Positions 1-9,961 of a DNA stretch of 32,000 bases are shown in pieces. The position numbers and the translations under genes were made by a program. The stretch is from contig NZ_CP019633.1 in NCBI RefSeq assembly GCF_001997385.1, forward strand, positions 2,280,001 through 2,312,000, written 5' to 3'. The notes beneath the pieces are model-generated. The model had not been told where the DNA came from and did no database searches. It worked only from the letters and a program-made list of their open reading frames with translations. Source of the stretch: Sedimentisphaera cyanobacteriorum (GTDB lineage: Bacteria; Planctomycetota; Phycisphaerae; Sedimentisphaerales; Sedimentisphaeraceae). How positions within the stretch are numbered: position 1 is the stretch's first letter; each line of letters opens with the position of its first letter.

Positions 1-1
1 C

Positions 2-2929
2 GGAACAAACAACGAATTCGGCTTTGATTATCTTCGAGATAATATGAAGGTAAGCGCAGAGCAGCTCGTTCAGGGCAGGCTTGATTTCGCTCTGATTGAC
101 GAGGTGGATTCGATCCTGATTGACGAGGCGAGAACTCCTCTGATTATCAGCGGGCCGGCGCATGATGATGTTACCAGATACAAGAAGGCCGATTCGGTGG
201 TAAGGGAGCTTATGAGGCTTCAGGGCGGCTACAACAAGATTCAGGTTCAGATCGACAAGCTCGAGAAGGATATTGCAAACGCAAAGGGTATTTCCTCGGA
301 TTCGGCTTCCTCTCAGGAGCAGAAGCAGAAGGCGGAAAAAGATATTCAGGCAGCAGAGCAGAAGAAGCTCGAGCTGGAATCGGAGCTTGAAAGACATACA
401 CAGTATTACGAAGTTGAATACGACAAGAAATCCGTACACCTCACCCACGAGGGTATTGGTGCTGCGCAGGATATAGCGAATGTGGGCTCGTTCTATGTTG
501 GCTCGAATATGGACTGGCCGCACCTTCTCGAACAGGGGCTCAGGGCGCATGTATGCTTTGAGCGTGAGAAGGATTATGTGGTAATGGACGGAAAGGTTGT
601 GATCGTTGATGAGTTTACAGGCCGTCTTATGCACGGAAGGCAGTGGTCAGACGGTCTCCATCAGGCAGTTGAGGCGAAAGAGGGCGTTAAGATCAAGGAA
701 GAGAGCCAGACACTGGCCACAATCACCCTGCAGAACTTCTTCAAGCTCTACGACAAGCTTGCCGGCATGACCGGTACTGCAATGACCGAGGCGCAGGAGT
801 TTCTCGAGATATACGGGCTGGATGTTGTGTCAATACCCACAAACGAGCCCTGCATACGCGACGACAGGGACGATGTGATATACAAGACCATGCCCGAGAA
901 ATTCAATGCGATTGTCGAGGAGATCAAACGCGAGAGCGAAAAGGGCAGGCCGGTTCTTGTTGGTACTGTGAGCATTGAGAAATCCGAGGCGATTTCCAAT
1001 GCATTGAAGCGTAAATACGGCGTTGAGCATGAAGTTCTCAACGCAAAGCAGCATGCGAGAGAGGCCTCTATTGTTGAAAAGGCCGGCCAGCAGCATAAAG
1101 GTCGCGACGGGAAGATGTGGGGCAATGTTACCATCGCCACGAATATGGCCGGACGAGGTACCGACATCAAGCTCGGCGAGGGCGTGGCCGATGCCGGAGG
1201 CCTGCATATTGTGGGCACTGAAAGGCACGAATCAAGACGAATCGACAATCAGCTCCGCGGACGTTCCGGAAGGCAGGGAGACAACGGCTCGAGCCAGTTC
1301 TTCCTTTCGTTTGATGATGAGCTGCTCTCTGTTTTCGCAGGCGACTGGACAATAAAAGCGCTCACCAAAACAGGCTGGGAAGAGGGCGAGCCGATATACC
1401 ACAAATGGATCACCAACGGTATTGAAAAGGCTCAGAAGAAGGTAGAGGAAAAGAACTACGAGATAAGAAAATCGCTTCTGGATTATGATGAAGTGATGGA
1501 TTATCAGAGACGGGAATTCTATACAAGAAGAAAGAATGTATTAAAGGGCATAGGACTTCGCAGGATCATCGAGGAGATGATGGAAAACGTTGTTGCCGAT
1601 GCCTGCAATACGATACTCGCTGAGGATTACCCGAAAAACTGCATCGTTGAATGGCTTCGCGTGAATCTGGGAGTGGATGTTGAGCCCGGGCAGATTAAGG
1701 CAAATTCCACGCCCGAAGAGATCGAAGAGCTGGCAAAAGAGAAGGCCAGAAAGAATATTGAGAACGATATCTCAATAACCATGGGCGAGTATATCGAAGA
1801 CTCTTCGGATAAATCCACTTGGAAGCTCGATAAGCTGAGCAAATGGCTTATGAGCACCTACAGCGCAAATGTTCCGCTCTCAAAGCTTCGCAAGATGGAA
1901 GCCGATGAGATCGAGCAGACAGCAGTGGAAGCGGCAGCGGGTCAGCTGGAAAAGAAAGACTGCAGCAAGCTTGCAGAATTCCTCAAAGAGGGTTTCGCTG
2001 AACGCGTGTTCACCGATACGGTTTCTGCGAGGTTTGATATAAAGATCGACGCTGAAAAGATTAAGGGCAGCGAGCCCGGCGAGGTTCGTGATTATGTCCT
2101 CAAGCTTGTGTATGATAAGTACGACCAGCGGGAGATCGAATATCCTGTTGAATATGCTTTGAGCATGACATACTCCGGCGATTCAGCGAACGTTTACCAG
2201 TTCGACAGTCTCGCCAAATGGGCAAAGCATAAGTACAACGTAGACTTAAACCCGAGCGAGCTTCAAGATATGAGCTTCCATCAGGTGGAAGAAAAGCTCA
2301 TGGGAATAGCCCGGGAGAACACGCCTGAGAAAGTGCTCGCTGAGGTGGATGAAAAGATAGAAAGCCTTGGCGCAGAGGATGCGATAAAATGGTCCGGGCA
2401 GAGATTCGGCTTCAATCTTGAGGCGGAAAAAGCCCCGAAGACCGCCGAAGAGCTCAGATCTCAGGTTCACGAATTTATGCGCAGAGAGCTCAGCAGGCTC
2501 GAGAGATACGTTCTTCTTCAGGTGTTTGATGCGGCTTGGAAAGACCACCTCTACTCAATGGACAGGCTCAAGGAAAGCGTATCGCTTAGAAGATTTGCCG
2601 AGAAAGACCCTCGCATTGAATACAAGCACGAGGGCTACCGGATGTTCAATGATATGTTAGAATCTATTGAAAACCGCGTAACCGATACGGTGTTCAAGCT
2701 TAGACTCGAGGCGAACGCAAAAACGAGAAACGTTTACGGCAGCCAGCAGAGCGAGGTGCACCAGCAGGCCGACCAGTTTGCACAGAATGAGAAGCAGAGG
2801 GAGGCCGGCCAGGCGCCGAAGGCTTCACCGAAGCAGATTGTGAATAAATCGCCGAAAGTGGGCAGGAACGACCCGTGCCCCTGCGGCAGCGGAAAGAAAT
2901 ACAAAAAATGCTGCGGTAAAAATAAGTAG
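2..2929 (+). CDS. secA: Preprotein translocase ATPase SecA, 5'-truncated by the window edge
   Basis: Frame 2 is open from nt 2 and reads GTNNEFGFDYLRDNM, then DEVDSILIDEARTPLIISG (Walker B/DEAD motor). Later motifs are LRGRSGRQGDNGSSQFFLS and the C-terminal zinc finger CPCGSGKKYKKCCG. The Met at 44 in the ORF track is internal. Confidence 0.97.
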   Translation, partial: GTNNEFGFDYLRDNMKVSAEQLVQGRLDFALIDEVDSILIDEARTPLIISGPAHDDVTRYKKADSVVRELMRLQGGYNKIQVQIDKLEKDIANAKGISSDSASSQEQKQKAEKDIQAAEQKKLELESELERHTQYYEVEYDKKSVHLTHEGIGAAQDIANVGSFYVGSNMDWPHLLEQGLRAHVCFEREKDYVVMDGKVVIVDEFTGRLMHGRQWSDGLHQAVEAKEGVKIKEESQTLATITLQNFFKLYDKLAGMTGTAMTEAQEFLEIYGLDVVSIPTNEPCIRDDRDDVIYKTMPEKFNAIVEEIKRESEKGRPVLVGTVSIEKSEAISNALKRKYGVEHEVLNAKQHAREASIVEKAGQQHKGRDGKMWGNVTIATNMAGRGTDIKLGEGVADAGGLHIVGTERHESRRIDNQLRGRSGRQGDNGSSQFFLSFDDELLSVFAGDWTIKALTKTGWEEGEPIYHKWITNGIEKAQKKVEEKNYEIRKSLLDYDEVMDYQRREFYTRRKNVLKGIGLRRIIEEMMENVVADACNTILAEDYPKNCIVEWLRVNLGVDVEPGQIKANSTPEEIEELAKEKARKNIENDISITMGEYIEDSSDKSTWKLDKLSKWLMSTYSANVPLSKLRKMEADEIEQTAVEAAAGQLEKKDCSKLAEFLKEGFAERVFTDTVSARFDIKIDAEKIKGSEPGEVRDYVLKLVYDKYDQREIEYPVEYALSMTYSGDSANVYQFDSLAKWAKHKYNVDLNPSELQDMSFHQVEEKLMGIARENTPEKVLAEVDEKIESLGAEDAIKWSGQRFGFNLEAEKAPKTAEELRSQVHEFMRRELSRLERYVLLQVFDAAWKDHLYSMDRLKESVSLRRFAEKDPRIEYKHEGYRMFNDMLESIENRVTDTVFKLRLEANAKTRNVYGSQQSEVHQQADQFAQNEKQREAGQAPKASPKQIVNKSPKVGRNDPCPCGSGKKYKKCCGKNK

Positions 2930-2938
2930 GAGCATTAA

Positions 2939-3955
2939 ATGAAAATATGTATTCCGGTATTGATAATATCGATTCTGATTTCTGCCCATGCAGAAACGCT
3001 GGTGCTTGAAGATACCGGCTGGCAGCCGGCAGATAAGGCTCTAAGCGAAGTGCAGCTAAGCCTTGCGGAGATTTGCCGTCTTGCGGAGAATCAGGATAAA
3101 GACCGGCTCAGCGAAAAGCTGGAAGAATTTGAAACCGGCAATCCCGAGCTCTCTGGAGATGCTTGGGAGGCGTTTGCAGAGGCCGAGATGATCTATGCCC
3201 AGAGGGATGTGGAAGAGGCTGCAGAGAAGTTTTACGAAGTGCTGGATAATTATCCCATGAGCGAATTCTATCAGCCGGCGATGGAGGGTTTGTATCAGTG
3301 CGGAAAGCTCTATCTCTCGGGCAGGAAGAAAACGTTTCTTATGGTATTCAAGCTCAAGGCATACGACGAGGGCGAAGAGATTATGCGTTCGATTGCCGAG
3401 AGGGCGGGCAATGCCCCTATCGCTAAGAGAGCGTTTTACACCCTTGCAGAGAGCTATGAGAAGCGCGAAAAATACCTCGAGTCATACAACATCTGGGTTG
3501 AAATCGCCACGCGCTGGCCTACCGGCGAGGAAGGTCTGAAATCGCTTTACGAGATGGGCAAGAATATGCATCAGGCATACAACGGCCCGAAATACGACAG
3601 CTCCTCTCTCAAGAGCGCAGAGGGCTACTACGGGCAGTTCAAAAAACGCTATCCTTCAGAGGCCAAACTCAGGGATATAAGCGAAAAGATCGACCTCACT
3701 CAAGAACAGCAGGCATACAAGCAGTACAGAATCGCCATGCATTACTACCGTGTGGAAGACTACCGTACAGCCTTGGTTTATTTGGAATCTTTCCAAGAGG
3801 ACTGGCCGGATTCACAGTATTTTCAAGAGGTTGAGAAAACTGCCTCGCAATGCAGGAAAGAGCTGGAAAAGCTTAAGGATAAACCGCGTATCAGGCCGGT
3901 AGATAAGAATATCTTCTGGAGGTTCGCTCATTTCTTTGATTTTGATGTCAAATAA
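2939..3955 (+). CDS. Secreted TPR-like protein, possibly BamD/YfiO-like
   Basis: 338-aa ORF with AGGAG 6 nt upstream of the ATG. The N-terminal signal-like segment is MKICIPVLIISILISAHA. The body is helical-repeat-like, rich in A/E/Y. It sits between secA and an LptE-like lipoprotein gene. No diagnostic motif, so the family call is weak. Confidence 0.4.
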   Translation: MKICIPVLIISILISAHAETLVLEDTGWQPADKALSEVQLSLAEICRLAENQDKDRLSEKLEEFETGNPELSGDAWEAFAEAEMIYAQRDVEEAAEKFYEVLDNYPMSEFYQPAMEGLYQCGKLYLSGRKKTFLMVFKLKAYDEGEEIMRSIAERAGNAPIAKRAFYTLAESYEKREKYLESYNIWVEIATRWPTGEEGLKSLYEMGKNMHQAYNGPKYDSSSLKSAEGYYGQFKKRYPSEAKLRDISEKIDLTQEQQAYKQYRIAMHYYRVEDYRTALVYLESFQEDWPDSQYFQEVEKTASQCRKELEKLKDKPRIRPVDKNIFWRFAHFFDFDVK

Positions 3956-3968
3956 GAGGGCTTGTAAA

Positions 3969-4472
3969 ATGAAATGTGCTAAATTAATCACACTGCTCAC
4001 TGCTGCTGCCGGCGTTTTGATTATTTCGGGCTGTTCGGGATACACCCAGGGCTTTCCTTATCCCGAAAAGGTGCAGACTGTATGCGTGGAGATGTTTGAG
4101 TCCAAGAGCTTTCGCAGGGGGTACGAATTTGAGCTTACCGAAGCTCTCTGCAAACAGATTGAGGCGCAGACCCCATACAAGATCGTTTCCGACCGCTCTC
4201 GGGCAGACAGCCTTATTTACGGGGAGATTGAATCAATCTCCCAGACCGTTTTGAATACAGACAGCGAAACAGGGCTTCCTATCCAAAGAGAGCTCGCTGT
4301 TAATGCTGTGTTTACTTGGAAGAATCTTATAACCGGAAAGATGTACGCAAATAACAAAAAGATAAAGTCTGCCGGCACGTACGCGGACGGGCAGGAAGTT
4401 GAACTGGCAGGGAAGGTGGCTGTGAACAAGGCTGCCGAAAAAATAGTAGAAGCTATGCAGTTGGAATGGTAA
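3969..4472 (+). CDS. Small lipoprotein, LptE-like (LPS-assembly lipoprotein family)
   Basis: Signal plus lipobox MKCAKLITLLTAAAGVLIISGC. The ~167-aa size and the pattern (VQTVCVEMFESKS..., ADSLIYGEIESI) resemble LptE-family proteins. I chose the ATG at 3969 over the track start at 3936, which overlaps the upstream stop. Confidence 0.5.
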   Translation: MKCAKLITLLTAAAGVLIISGCSGYTQGFPYPEKVQTVCVEMFESKSFRRGYEFELTEALCKQIEAQTPYKIVSDRSRADSLIYGEIESISQTVLNTDSETGLPIQRELAVNAVFTWKNLITGKMYANNKKIKSAGTYADGQEVELAGKVAVNKAAEKIVEAMQLEW

Positions 4473-4538
4473 AAGCTCTAAAACTGCCGGGGCTCTTTAC
4501 TCAGCTGGTTAAAAATATACAAAAAGGATTAGTTATTT

Positions 4539-6671
4539 ATGGCAGAAGATAATAACAGCAATAAAGATAAACAGAAAAACAGTATTCCAAAGGTTCCGGG
4601 CGGGGGTAAGTTCAAGAAGCCTAACCCGATGGGTTGGCTTTTTATTTTTTCGGTGATGCTTTTGATAATAAGCTCTTTCGGCAAGCTCACCCCGACCGAC
4701 TCAATAAAATACAGCGAGTTTGAGAGACTGGTAAATCAGGGTTATGTGAGAAACGTAGAAATCGGTACAGGTTCTGTAACGATTGAAGGCGAGCTCACTG
4801 ATGCAGGCGTTCAGGCGAGGAAAAGAGAAAACCCGAACGCTGCGAACCGCTTTAAGACGCAGTATTCTCCGGAAATCCTTCAGGACACCAAAGAGCTTCT
4901 CGCAGAGAAGCAGGTTGACTATAAATTCGTTGCAGACGGTTTTTGGGTAACGTTCCTTATTCAGGTAGCCCCGTTTTTGATTATCATCGCCCTTTTCTAC
5001 TTCATCTTCGCAAGGAATATGAAAAGCGGCGCAGGCGGTATGCTGATGAACTTCGGAAGAAGCAAGGCAAGGCTTATGGGCGATGAGCAGAAGAAGGTTA
5101 CCTTCAAGGATGTTGCTGGTATCGATGAGGCCAAGGATGAGGTAGCCGAAACGATTGAATTTCTCAAGAACCCTAAGCGCTTTATGAAGATAGGCGGAAG
5201 GATCCCCCGAGGCATTCTTCTTGAGGGCCCTCCGGGCTGCGGAAAAACGCTTCTGGCAAAGTCTATAGCAGGCGAGGCGGATGTCCCGTTCTACAGCATC
5301 AGCGGATCGGATTTCGTTGAGATGTTTGTGGGCGTTGGAGCGAGCAGGGTGCGCGATTTGTTCAAGCAGTCTAAGGAGAACGCCCCGTGCATTATCTTCC
5401 TTGATGAAATTGATGCTATCGGAAAGAAAAGAGGCCCGGGCGTAGCAAGCGGCGGGCACGACGAAAGGGAGCAGACCCTGAATGCAATTCTCGTTGAGAT
5501 GGACGGATTCGAATCCACCGATCAGGTGATAGTGATCGCTGCTACAAACAGGGTTGATGTGCTCGACCACGCCCTGATTAGGCCGGGCAGATTCGACAGA
5601 CAGATTTATGTCCCGTTCCCCGATATCAAGGGAAGGCTCGAGATACTGAAGGTGCATTCAAAGAAAATCAAGATGAGCCAAAAGGTTAATCTCGAGGTGA
5701 TCGCACGAGGCACGCCGATGTTCAGCGGAGCTGAGCTTGAGGCGCTTATCAACGAGGCCGCTATCGGGGCAACAATGGCAAACAAGAATTACGTTGAACA
5801 GGACGATCTCGAAGAGGCGCGCGATAAGGTGCGCTGGGGAAGGGCTAAGAGAAGCCGCGTAATAGATAAAAAGGAAAAAGAGCTCACCGCCTACCACGAG
5901 GCGGGGCATACGCTTATCCAGAGTATGCTGGAAGATGCAGACCCCCTGCACAAGGTGAGCATTATCCCGCGAGGCCCCTACGGCGGAGCAACGTTCTCGC
6001 TGCCTGAGAAGGAGCGGATGACATTCTCCTCGAAATACTGCTACGCATTTATCAAGATATGCTTCGGCGGAAGGATAGCTGAGGACATATTTTTTGATGA
6101 TGTAACAAGCGGGGCACAGAACGACATCAAACAGGCAACAATGATGGTTCAACATATGGTAACCGACTGGGGGATGAGCGACAAGATAGGAATGGTTAAT
6201 TTCAGCGGGGATAACGACCAGAAGATGTTCGGCGGGAGAAAGCTGGACTGCTCGGAGAAGACATCCGAGGTGATCGATGCGGAAGTTAAGCGGATTATAG
6301 ACAGCTGCTACAATGAGGCCTATCAGCTTATACAAGACAACAAGGACAAGATAAAAGGGATTGCAAACGCCCTTCTGAAATATGAAACGCTCGATGCTGA
6401 AGAGGTTAAAACTATTCTCGAGGGCGGCGAGCTCACCAGACCTACAGTTTCCGATTTGGTAGAGGCGGAGAAGAATAAATCCTCTGAACTGAACACCCTC
6501 TTTGATGATGACGAAGATTCGCTCTACGATGACGAAGACGAGATAGACCTTGAAGACGACGAGGACGAAGACGATCTCTACTGGGACATCGATGAAGATG
6601 AGGATTTTGAAAACAGAGGCGAGGATCAGGACTCTCAAGACAGCAGCGATGATGATAAAAGTAAAGATTAG
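4539..6671 (+). CDS. ftsH: ATP-dependent zinc metalloprotease FtsH
   Basis: Two N-terminal TM segments, Walker A GPPGCGKT, Walker [10 protein letters not shown], and the zinc motif HEAGH. The C-terminal tail is highly acidic. Confidence 0.97.
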   Translation: MAEDNNSNKDKQKNSIPKVPGGGKFKKPNPMGWLFIFSVMLLIISSFGKLTPTDSIKYSEFERLVNQGYVRNVEIGTGSVTIEGELTDAGVQARKRENPNAANRFKTQYSPEILQDTKELLAEKQVDYKFVADGFWVTFLIQVAPFLIIIALFYFIFARNMKSGAGGMLMNFGRSKARLMGDEQKKVTFKDVAGIDEAKDEVAETIEFLKNPKRFMKIGGRIPRGILLEGPPGCGKTLLAKSIAGEADVPFYSISGSDFVEMFVGVGASRVRDLFKQSKENAPCIIFLDEIDAIGKKRGPGVASGGHDEREQTLNAILVEMDGFESTDQVIVIAATNRVDVLDHALIRPGRFDRQIYVPFPDIKGRLEILKVHSKKIKMSQKVNLEVIARGTPMFSGAELEALINEAAIGATMANKNYVEQDDLEEARDKVRWGRAKRSRVIDKKEKELTAYHEAGHTLIQSMLEDADPLHKVSIIPRGPYGGATFSLPEKERMTFSSKYCYAFIKICFGGRIAEDIFFDDVTSGAQNDIKQATMMVQHMVTDWGMSDKIGMVNFSGDNDQKMFGGRKLDCSEKTSEVIDAEVKRIIDSCYNEAYQLIQDNKDKIKGIANALLKYETLDAEEVKTILEGGELTRPTVSDLVEAEKNKSSELNTLFDDDEDSLYDDEDEIDLEDDEDEDDLYWDIDEDEDFENRGEDQDSQDSSDDDKSKD

Positions 6672-6713
6672 TTCTTAAAAAAAACAATCTGCAGAAATAC
6701 GCGAGGCGGGGAA

Positions 6714-8477
6714 ATGAAAAGATATTTTGCTGTTTTGCTTTTGCTCCTTAGCGGCGCAATTGCTCAGTCGGTCGATGTAATCAGCTATCAGGGCTACACA
6801 AGCAGGGCTGGAGCTGAGCTTGTCCAAGGCTCTCAGGGCACTCTTGCTGTTCAAGTTGAGTTTGAAGGCGATGAATACATTCATTACTACGCAGACGAAA
6901 ATACCGCTCCGGGCGGCTTAACACTTTCTGTTGCGCTTGCCGGCCCCGAGCTCTCAGCAGGCGGAGCTGTTTATCCCGAAACGAGCCTGTATATGGATAA
7001 GCAGGGCAAGAGCTATGAGGTTTATGAGGGCGATTTTTCCATCTATCTGCCCGTCAAAGAGAAGGCTGCAAACGCCGGCGTGGATGTAATAATCAAAGGG
7101 ATCGGCTGCGCAGGGGACACCTGCCTTCCTCCTTTCGAAAAAACAATCTCAGCAGAGCCCTCGGATAATCCGCAAACGCTCGATAAAGCCTTAACAGGCG
7201 AAAGGGGCTCAAAGCAAACTGAAACCGAAGCGGAAGAACCTGCGCAGAAGGCCGAGCCGTTTGAGCTTGGCGAGTTTCTTTTGTACTGCCTTTTGGCACT
7301 CGCAGCGGGGCTGAGCTTCAATGTTATGCCGTGCGTTTGGCCTGTGCTGCCGATTGCAGTGCAGAGGCTGGTTAATTTCGCAGGCCACGGCAGAAAGAAA
7401 CTCTTCGAGCAGGGGCTTGCGTATTCTTTGGGCATAATATCATTCTTTGCGATCTTCGCTGCTGCCGGGATAATAATCAAGCTCACAACGGGCAATGCCC
7501 TGAACTGGTCTGAGCATTTGCGGTATCCGCCTGTGCTTGTAACCACGGGGATGCTTCTTATAGTATTTGCGTTGTTTATGTTTGATGTGCTTTCTTTTGC
7601 TGTTCCTTCCTCGCTCTCAGGGGGCGGGCAGAAAAGCTCCGGCGGAGATCTTGCCGGCACAACCGTAATGGGATTTTTCGCTGCCCTTCTCAGCACGCCC
7701 TGCAGCGGTGCGATTCTTGCAGCGGTTTTCCTCTGGGCGCAAACGCAGACCCTCGCAGTAAGCACGGTGATAATCCTGCTTCTCGGCGTTGGAATGGCAA
7801 TACCGTACTTCCTGCTTGTAAACTTCCCCGCTCTTCTCGAAAAGCTGCCCAAGCCCGGGGCCTGGATGGAAAAATTCAGAAACGCAATGGGTTTCCTTCT
7901 GCTTTTTATCGCCGTGAAGCTGCTCGTCTCGCTCAACGCAGAGATGCTTTCCAAAGCGCTTACTTATGCAGTTATTCTGAGCTTTGCGGTTTGGATGTTC
8001 GGAAGCTGGGTAAACTTTACCACACCGAAGCGGAAAAAGATGATTGTCCGCGGGATAGCGGCCTTGATAGCAGCTGTTCCTGCGTTTATGATTTTCTCCT
8101 CAGGCGATAAGCTCATAGACTGGCAGCCCTACAGCACAGCCAAGATTCAGCAGAAGACAGAACAGCAAACGCCGGTGCTGATAAAATTTACCGCTGACTG
8201 GTGCACGAACTGCCATATTCTCGACAGTCAGGTGTTTCAGGATGAGAAAATTGCATCAGCCCTCGAAGAGAAAAACGTATATCCTGTCCTCGCAGATACA
8301 ACGCTCAGCTCAAACCCAGCTACGGAAGCGCTGAAAGAGGAGTTTGGAGAATCAGGAAACGTTCCGCTTACGGTGGTTATCTCGCCGGACGGAGAAAGAA
8401 CCAAGCTTAGAGGAATTTACAGTAAGAAGGAGCTGCTGGAAGTGTTGAACAATTTCAGCAAACAGCAAGATGGATAA
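6714..8477 (+). CDS. dsbD: Thiol:disulfide interchange protein DsbD (three-domain)
   Basis: Signal peptide. The nDsbD-like cysteine pair GCAGDTCLPP resembles E. coli GCADAGFCYPP. The polytopic TM core carries MPCVWPVLP and STPCSGAIL. The C-terminal thioredoxin motif is WCTNCH. Confidence 0.85.
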   Translation: MKRYFAVLLLLLSGAIAQSVDVISYQGYTSRAGAELVQGSQGTLAVQVEFEGDEYIHYYADENTAPGGLTLSVALAGPELSAGGAVYPETSLYMDKQGKSYEVYEGDFSIYLPVKEKAANAGVDVIIKGIGCAGDTCLPPFEKTISAEPSDNPQTLDKALTGERGSKQTETEAEEPAQKAEPFELGEFLLYCLLALAAGLSFNVMPCVWPVLPIAVQRLVNFAGHGRKKLFEQGLAYSLGIISFFAIFAAAGIIIKLTTGNALNWSEHLRYPPVLVTTGMLLIVFALFMFDVLSFAVPSSLSGGGQKSSGGDLAGTTVMGFFAALLSTPCSGAILAAVFLWAQTQTLAVSTVIILLLGVGMAIPYFLLVNFPALLEKLPKPGAWMEKFRNAMGFLLLFIAVKLLVSLNAEMLSKALTYAVILSFAVWMFGSWVNFTTPKRKKMIVRGIAALIAAVPAFMIFSSGDKLIDWQPYSTAKIQQKTEQQTPVLIKFTADWCTNCHILDSQVFQDEKIASALEEKNVYPVLADTTLSSNPATEALKEEFGESGNVPLTVVISPDGERTKLRGIYSKKELLEVLNNFSKQQDG

Positions 8478-9150
8478 TAGCGGTAATAATAAAATACTGA
8501 ATGAAGAAACATGGCGCATTTTCCGAATAATGGCGGAATTCGTAGAGGGCTTTGAGGAGATGAGCAGAACTGGGCCGGCAGTTTCAGTTTTCGGCTCGGC
8601 AAGGGCAGACGCCGGCAATGAATACTATCAGCTCGCAGAGCAGACATCAGCTATGCTCGCAAAGGCAGGATTCACAGTGATTACAGGCGGAGGCGGCGGG
8701 ATTATGGAGGCCGCAAACAAAGGCGCCTTCGAGGCCGGAGGCGAAACGATAGGCCTGAATATTGAGCTCCCGCACGAGCAGAAGCCGAATGAGTATCTAA
8801 CGCGAGGCTTGAGCTTCCGTTATTTCTTCTGCAGGAAGGTTATGTTCCTCAAATACGCAAACGGGTTCGTTGTTTTCCCAGGCGGCTTCGGAACTATGGA
8901 CGAGGTGTTCGAATCTCTCGTGCTTATACAGACATACAAACAGGCATACTTCCCTGTGGTGCTTATGGGCAAAGATTTCTGGCAGGATATGCTCGACTGG
9001 ATGATAGAGAAAATGTGCAAAGCGCACGAATTTATAACGCCGGAAGATATAGACTTTATAGACCTCACCGACGACCCGCAGGAAACTCTGGATATCCTCC
9101 TGAAATTCCACAGAAGACACGGGACAGGCCCCCTCCAGCCTATAAAGTAA
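8470..9150 (+). CDS. LOG family / TIGR00730 Rossmann-fold protein (cytokinin riboside 5'-monophosphate phosphoribohydrolase-like)
   Basis: Motifs GGGGGIMEAANKGA and PGGFGTMDEVFE. The ATG overlaps the dsbD stop (ATGGATAA, 8-nt overlap), which suggests translational coupling. Confidence 0.85.
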   Translation: MDNSGNNKILNEETWRIFRIMAEFVEGFEEMSRTGPAVSVFGSARADAGNEYYQLAEQTSAMLAKAGFTVITGGGGGIMEAANKGAFEAGGETIGLNIELPHEQKPNEYLTRGLSFRYFFCRKVMFLKYANGFVVFPGGFGTMDEVFESLVLIQTYKQAYFPVVLMGKDFWQDMLDWMIEKMCKAHEFITPEDIDFIDLTDDPQETLDILLKFHRRHGTGPLQPIK

Positions 9151-9175
9151 TCACTGAAGCGATTTAGAGCTCGAA

Positions 9176-9796
9176 ATGGAAAACTTCAAGCAAAATTTAC
9201 CTGAAAAGCAGATTATTGCGGTTTCTGCGAGTCCGAGAAAGGGCGGCAATTCTGATGCAGTTTTAGAAAGCATTTCTGCGGGAATCAGTGAAACAGGGAT
9301 TTCCTGCAGGCAGATTCAGCTTAGGGATTTGGATTTCAAGTCCTGCATTGGATGCGAAAGGTGCAGGAAGGACAAGATCTGCACAGGCCTCAGCGACGAT
9401 TTAACCGAGATTTACCCCTCATTCATCGAATCTCAGGGTTTGGTTCTGATTTCCCCAACGCACAACTACAACGTAACTGCAATGATGAAGGCCTTTATAG
9501 ACAGGCTGTACTGCTTCTACAATTTTGAGAACACCGTTCCCCGCAGATGGAGCAGTCAGCTCAGCGGACAGGGCAGGAAGGCGGCTGCTGTTGGAATAGC
9601 AGAGCAGATGAATGAGAAGGATATGGGCTTCACCATTCCATCTATGAAACTCCCGCTCGAGGCGCTTGGCTATGAATTTGCAGATGAGCTTGCTGTTTTC
9701 GGTCTTTTCGACAGGGGCAGAGCCAAAGACTGCCCGGATGTTTTGGATAATGCCCGCAAGCTCGGGGGAAAACTTGCCGACTCACTCAAAAATTAA
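9176..9796 (+). CDS. Iron-sulfur flavoprotein / NADPH-dependent FMN reductase-fold protein
   Basis: N-terminal FMN-phosphate loop SASPRKGGNS and the compact cysteine cluster CIGCERCRKDKIC (CX2CX2CX5C), as in Isf-type flavoproteins. Confidence 0.7.
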   Translation: MENFKQNLPEKQIIAVSASPRKGGNSDAVLESISAGISETGISCRQIQLRDLDFKSCIGCERCRKDKICTGLSDDLTEIYPSFIESQGLVLISPTHNYNVTAMMKAFIDRLYCFYNFENTVPRRWSSQLSGQGRKAAAVGIAEQMNEKDMGFTIPSMKLPLEALGYEFADELAVFGLFDRGRAKDCPDVLDNARKLGGKLADSLKN

Positions 9797-9831
9797 CTGC
9801 CTGACTTTAAAGCTTGCCGATAGTAAAATAA

Positions 9832-9867
9832 TTCGCAAATTCGCACTCCGTTTCGCCAAATCTGAGG
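9832..9867 (+). promoter_or_regulatory. Degenerate copy of the tandem TTCGYAAAATGGGG motif (site D)
   Basis: TTCGCAAATTCGCA, then TTCGCCAAATCTGAGG, with half-sites starting 20 nt apart. It ends 95 nt upstream of the pseudopilin-like gene at 9962. Only a partial match to the consensus of sites A-C. Confidence 0.25.
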
Positions 9868-9961
9868 TTACAAATTGGTGGAAAAAATGTTAAAATTGGC
9901 GTTTAAAAACCTTGCTTTTGAGTTATAATAGCCTTTATGTTTATTGTTGAAAGGTGAAAAA

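Noticed and set aside
4701-6638. Two long minus-strand ORFs (318 aa at 4701..5657 and 326 aa at 5658..6638)
   Set aside because: They lie entirely antisense to ftsH, whose product carries unambiguous AAA+ and HEAGH motifs. Their translations are low-complexity with no recognisable motifs. They are typical shadow ORFs.
7043-7954. 303-aa minus-strand ORF
   Set aside because: It is antisense to the dsbD transmembrane core. There is no independent support, and the composition (A/S/P/R-rich) is typical of a shadow frame.
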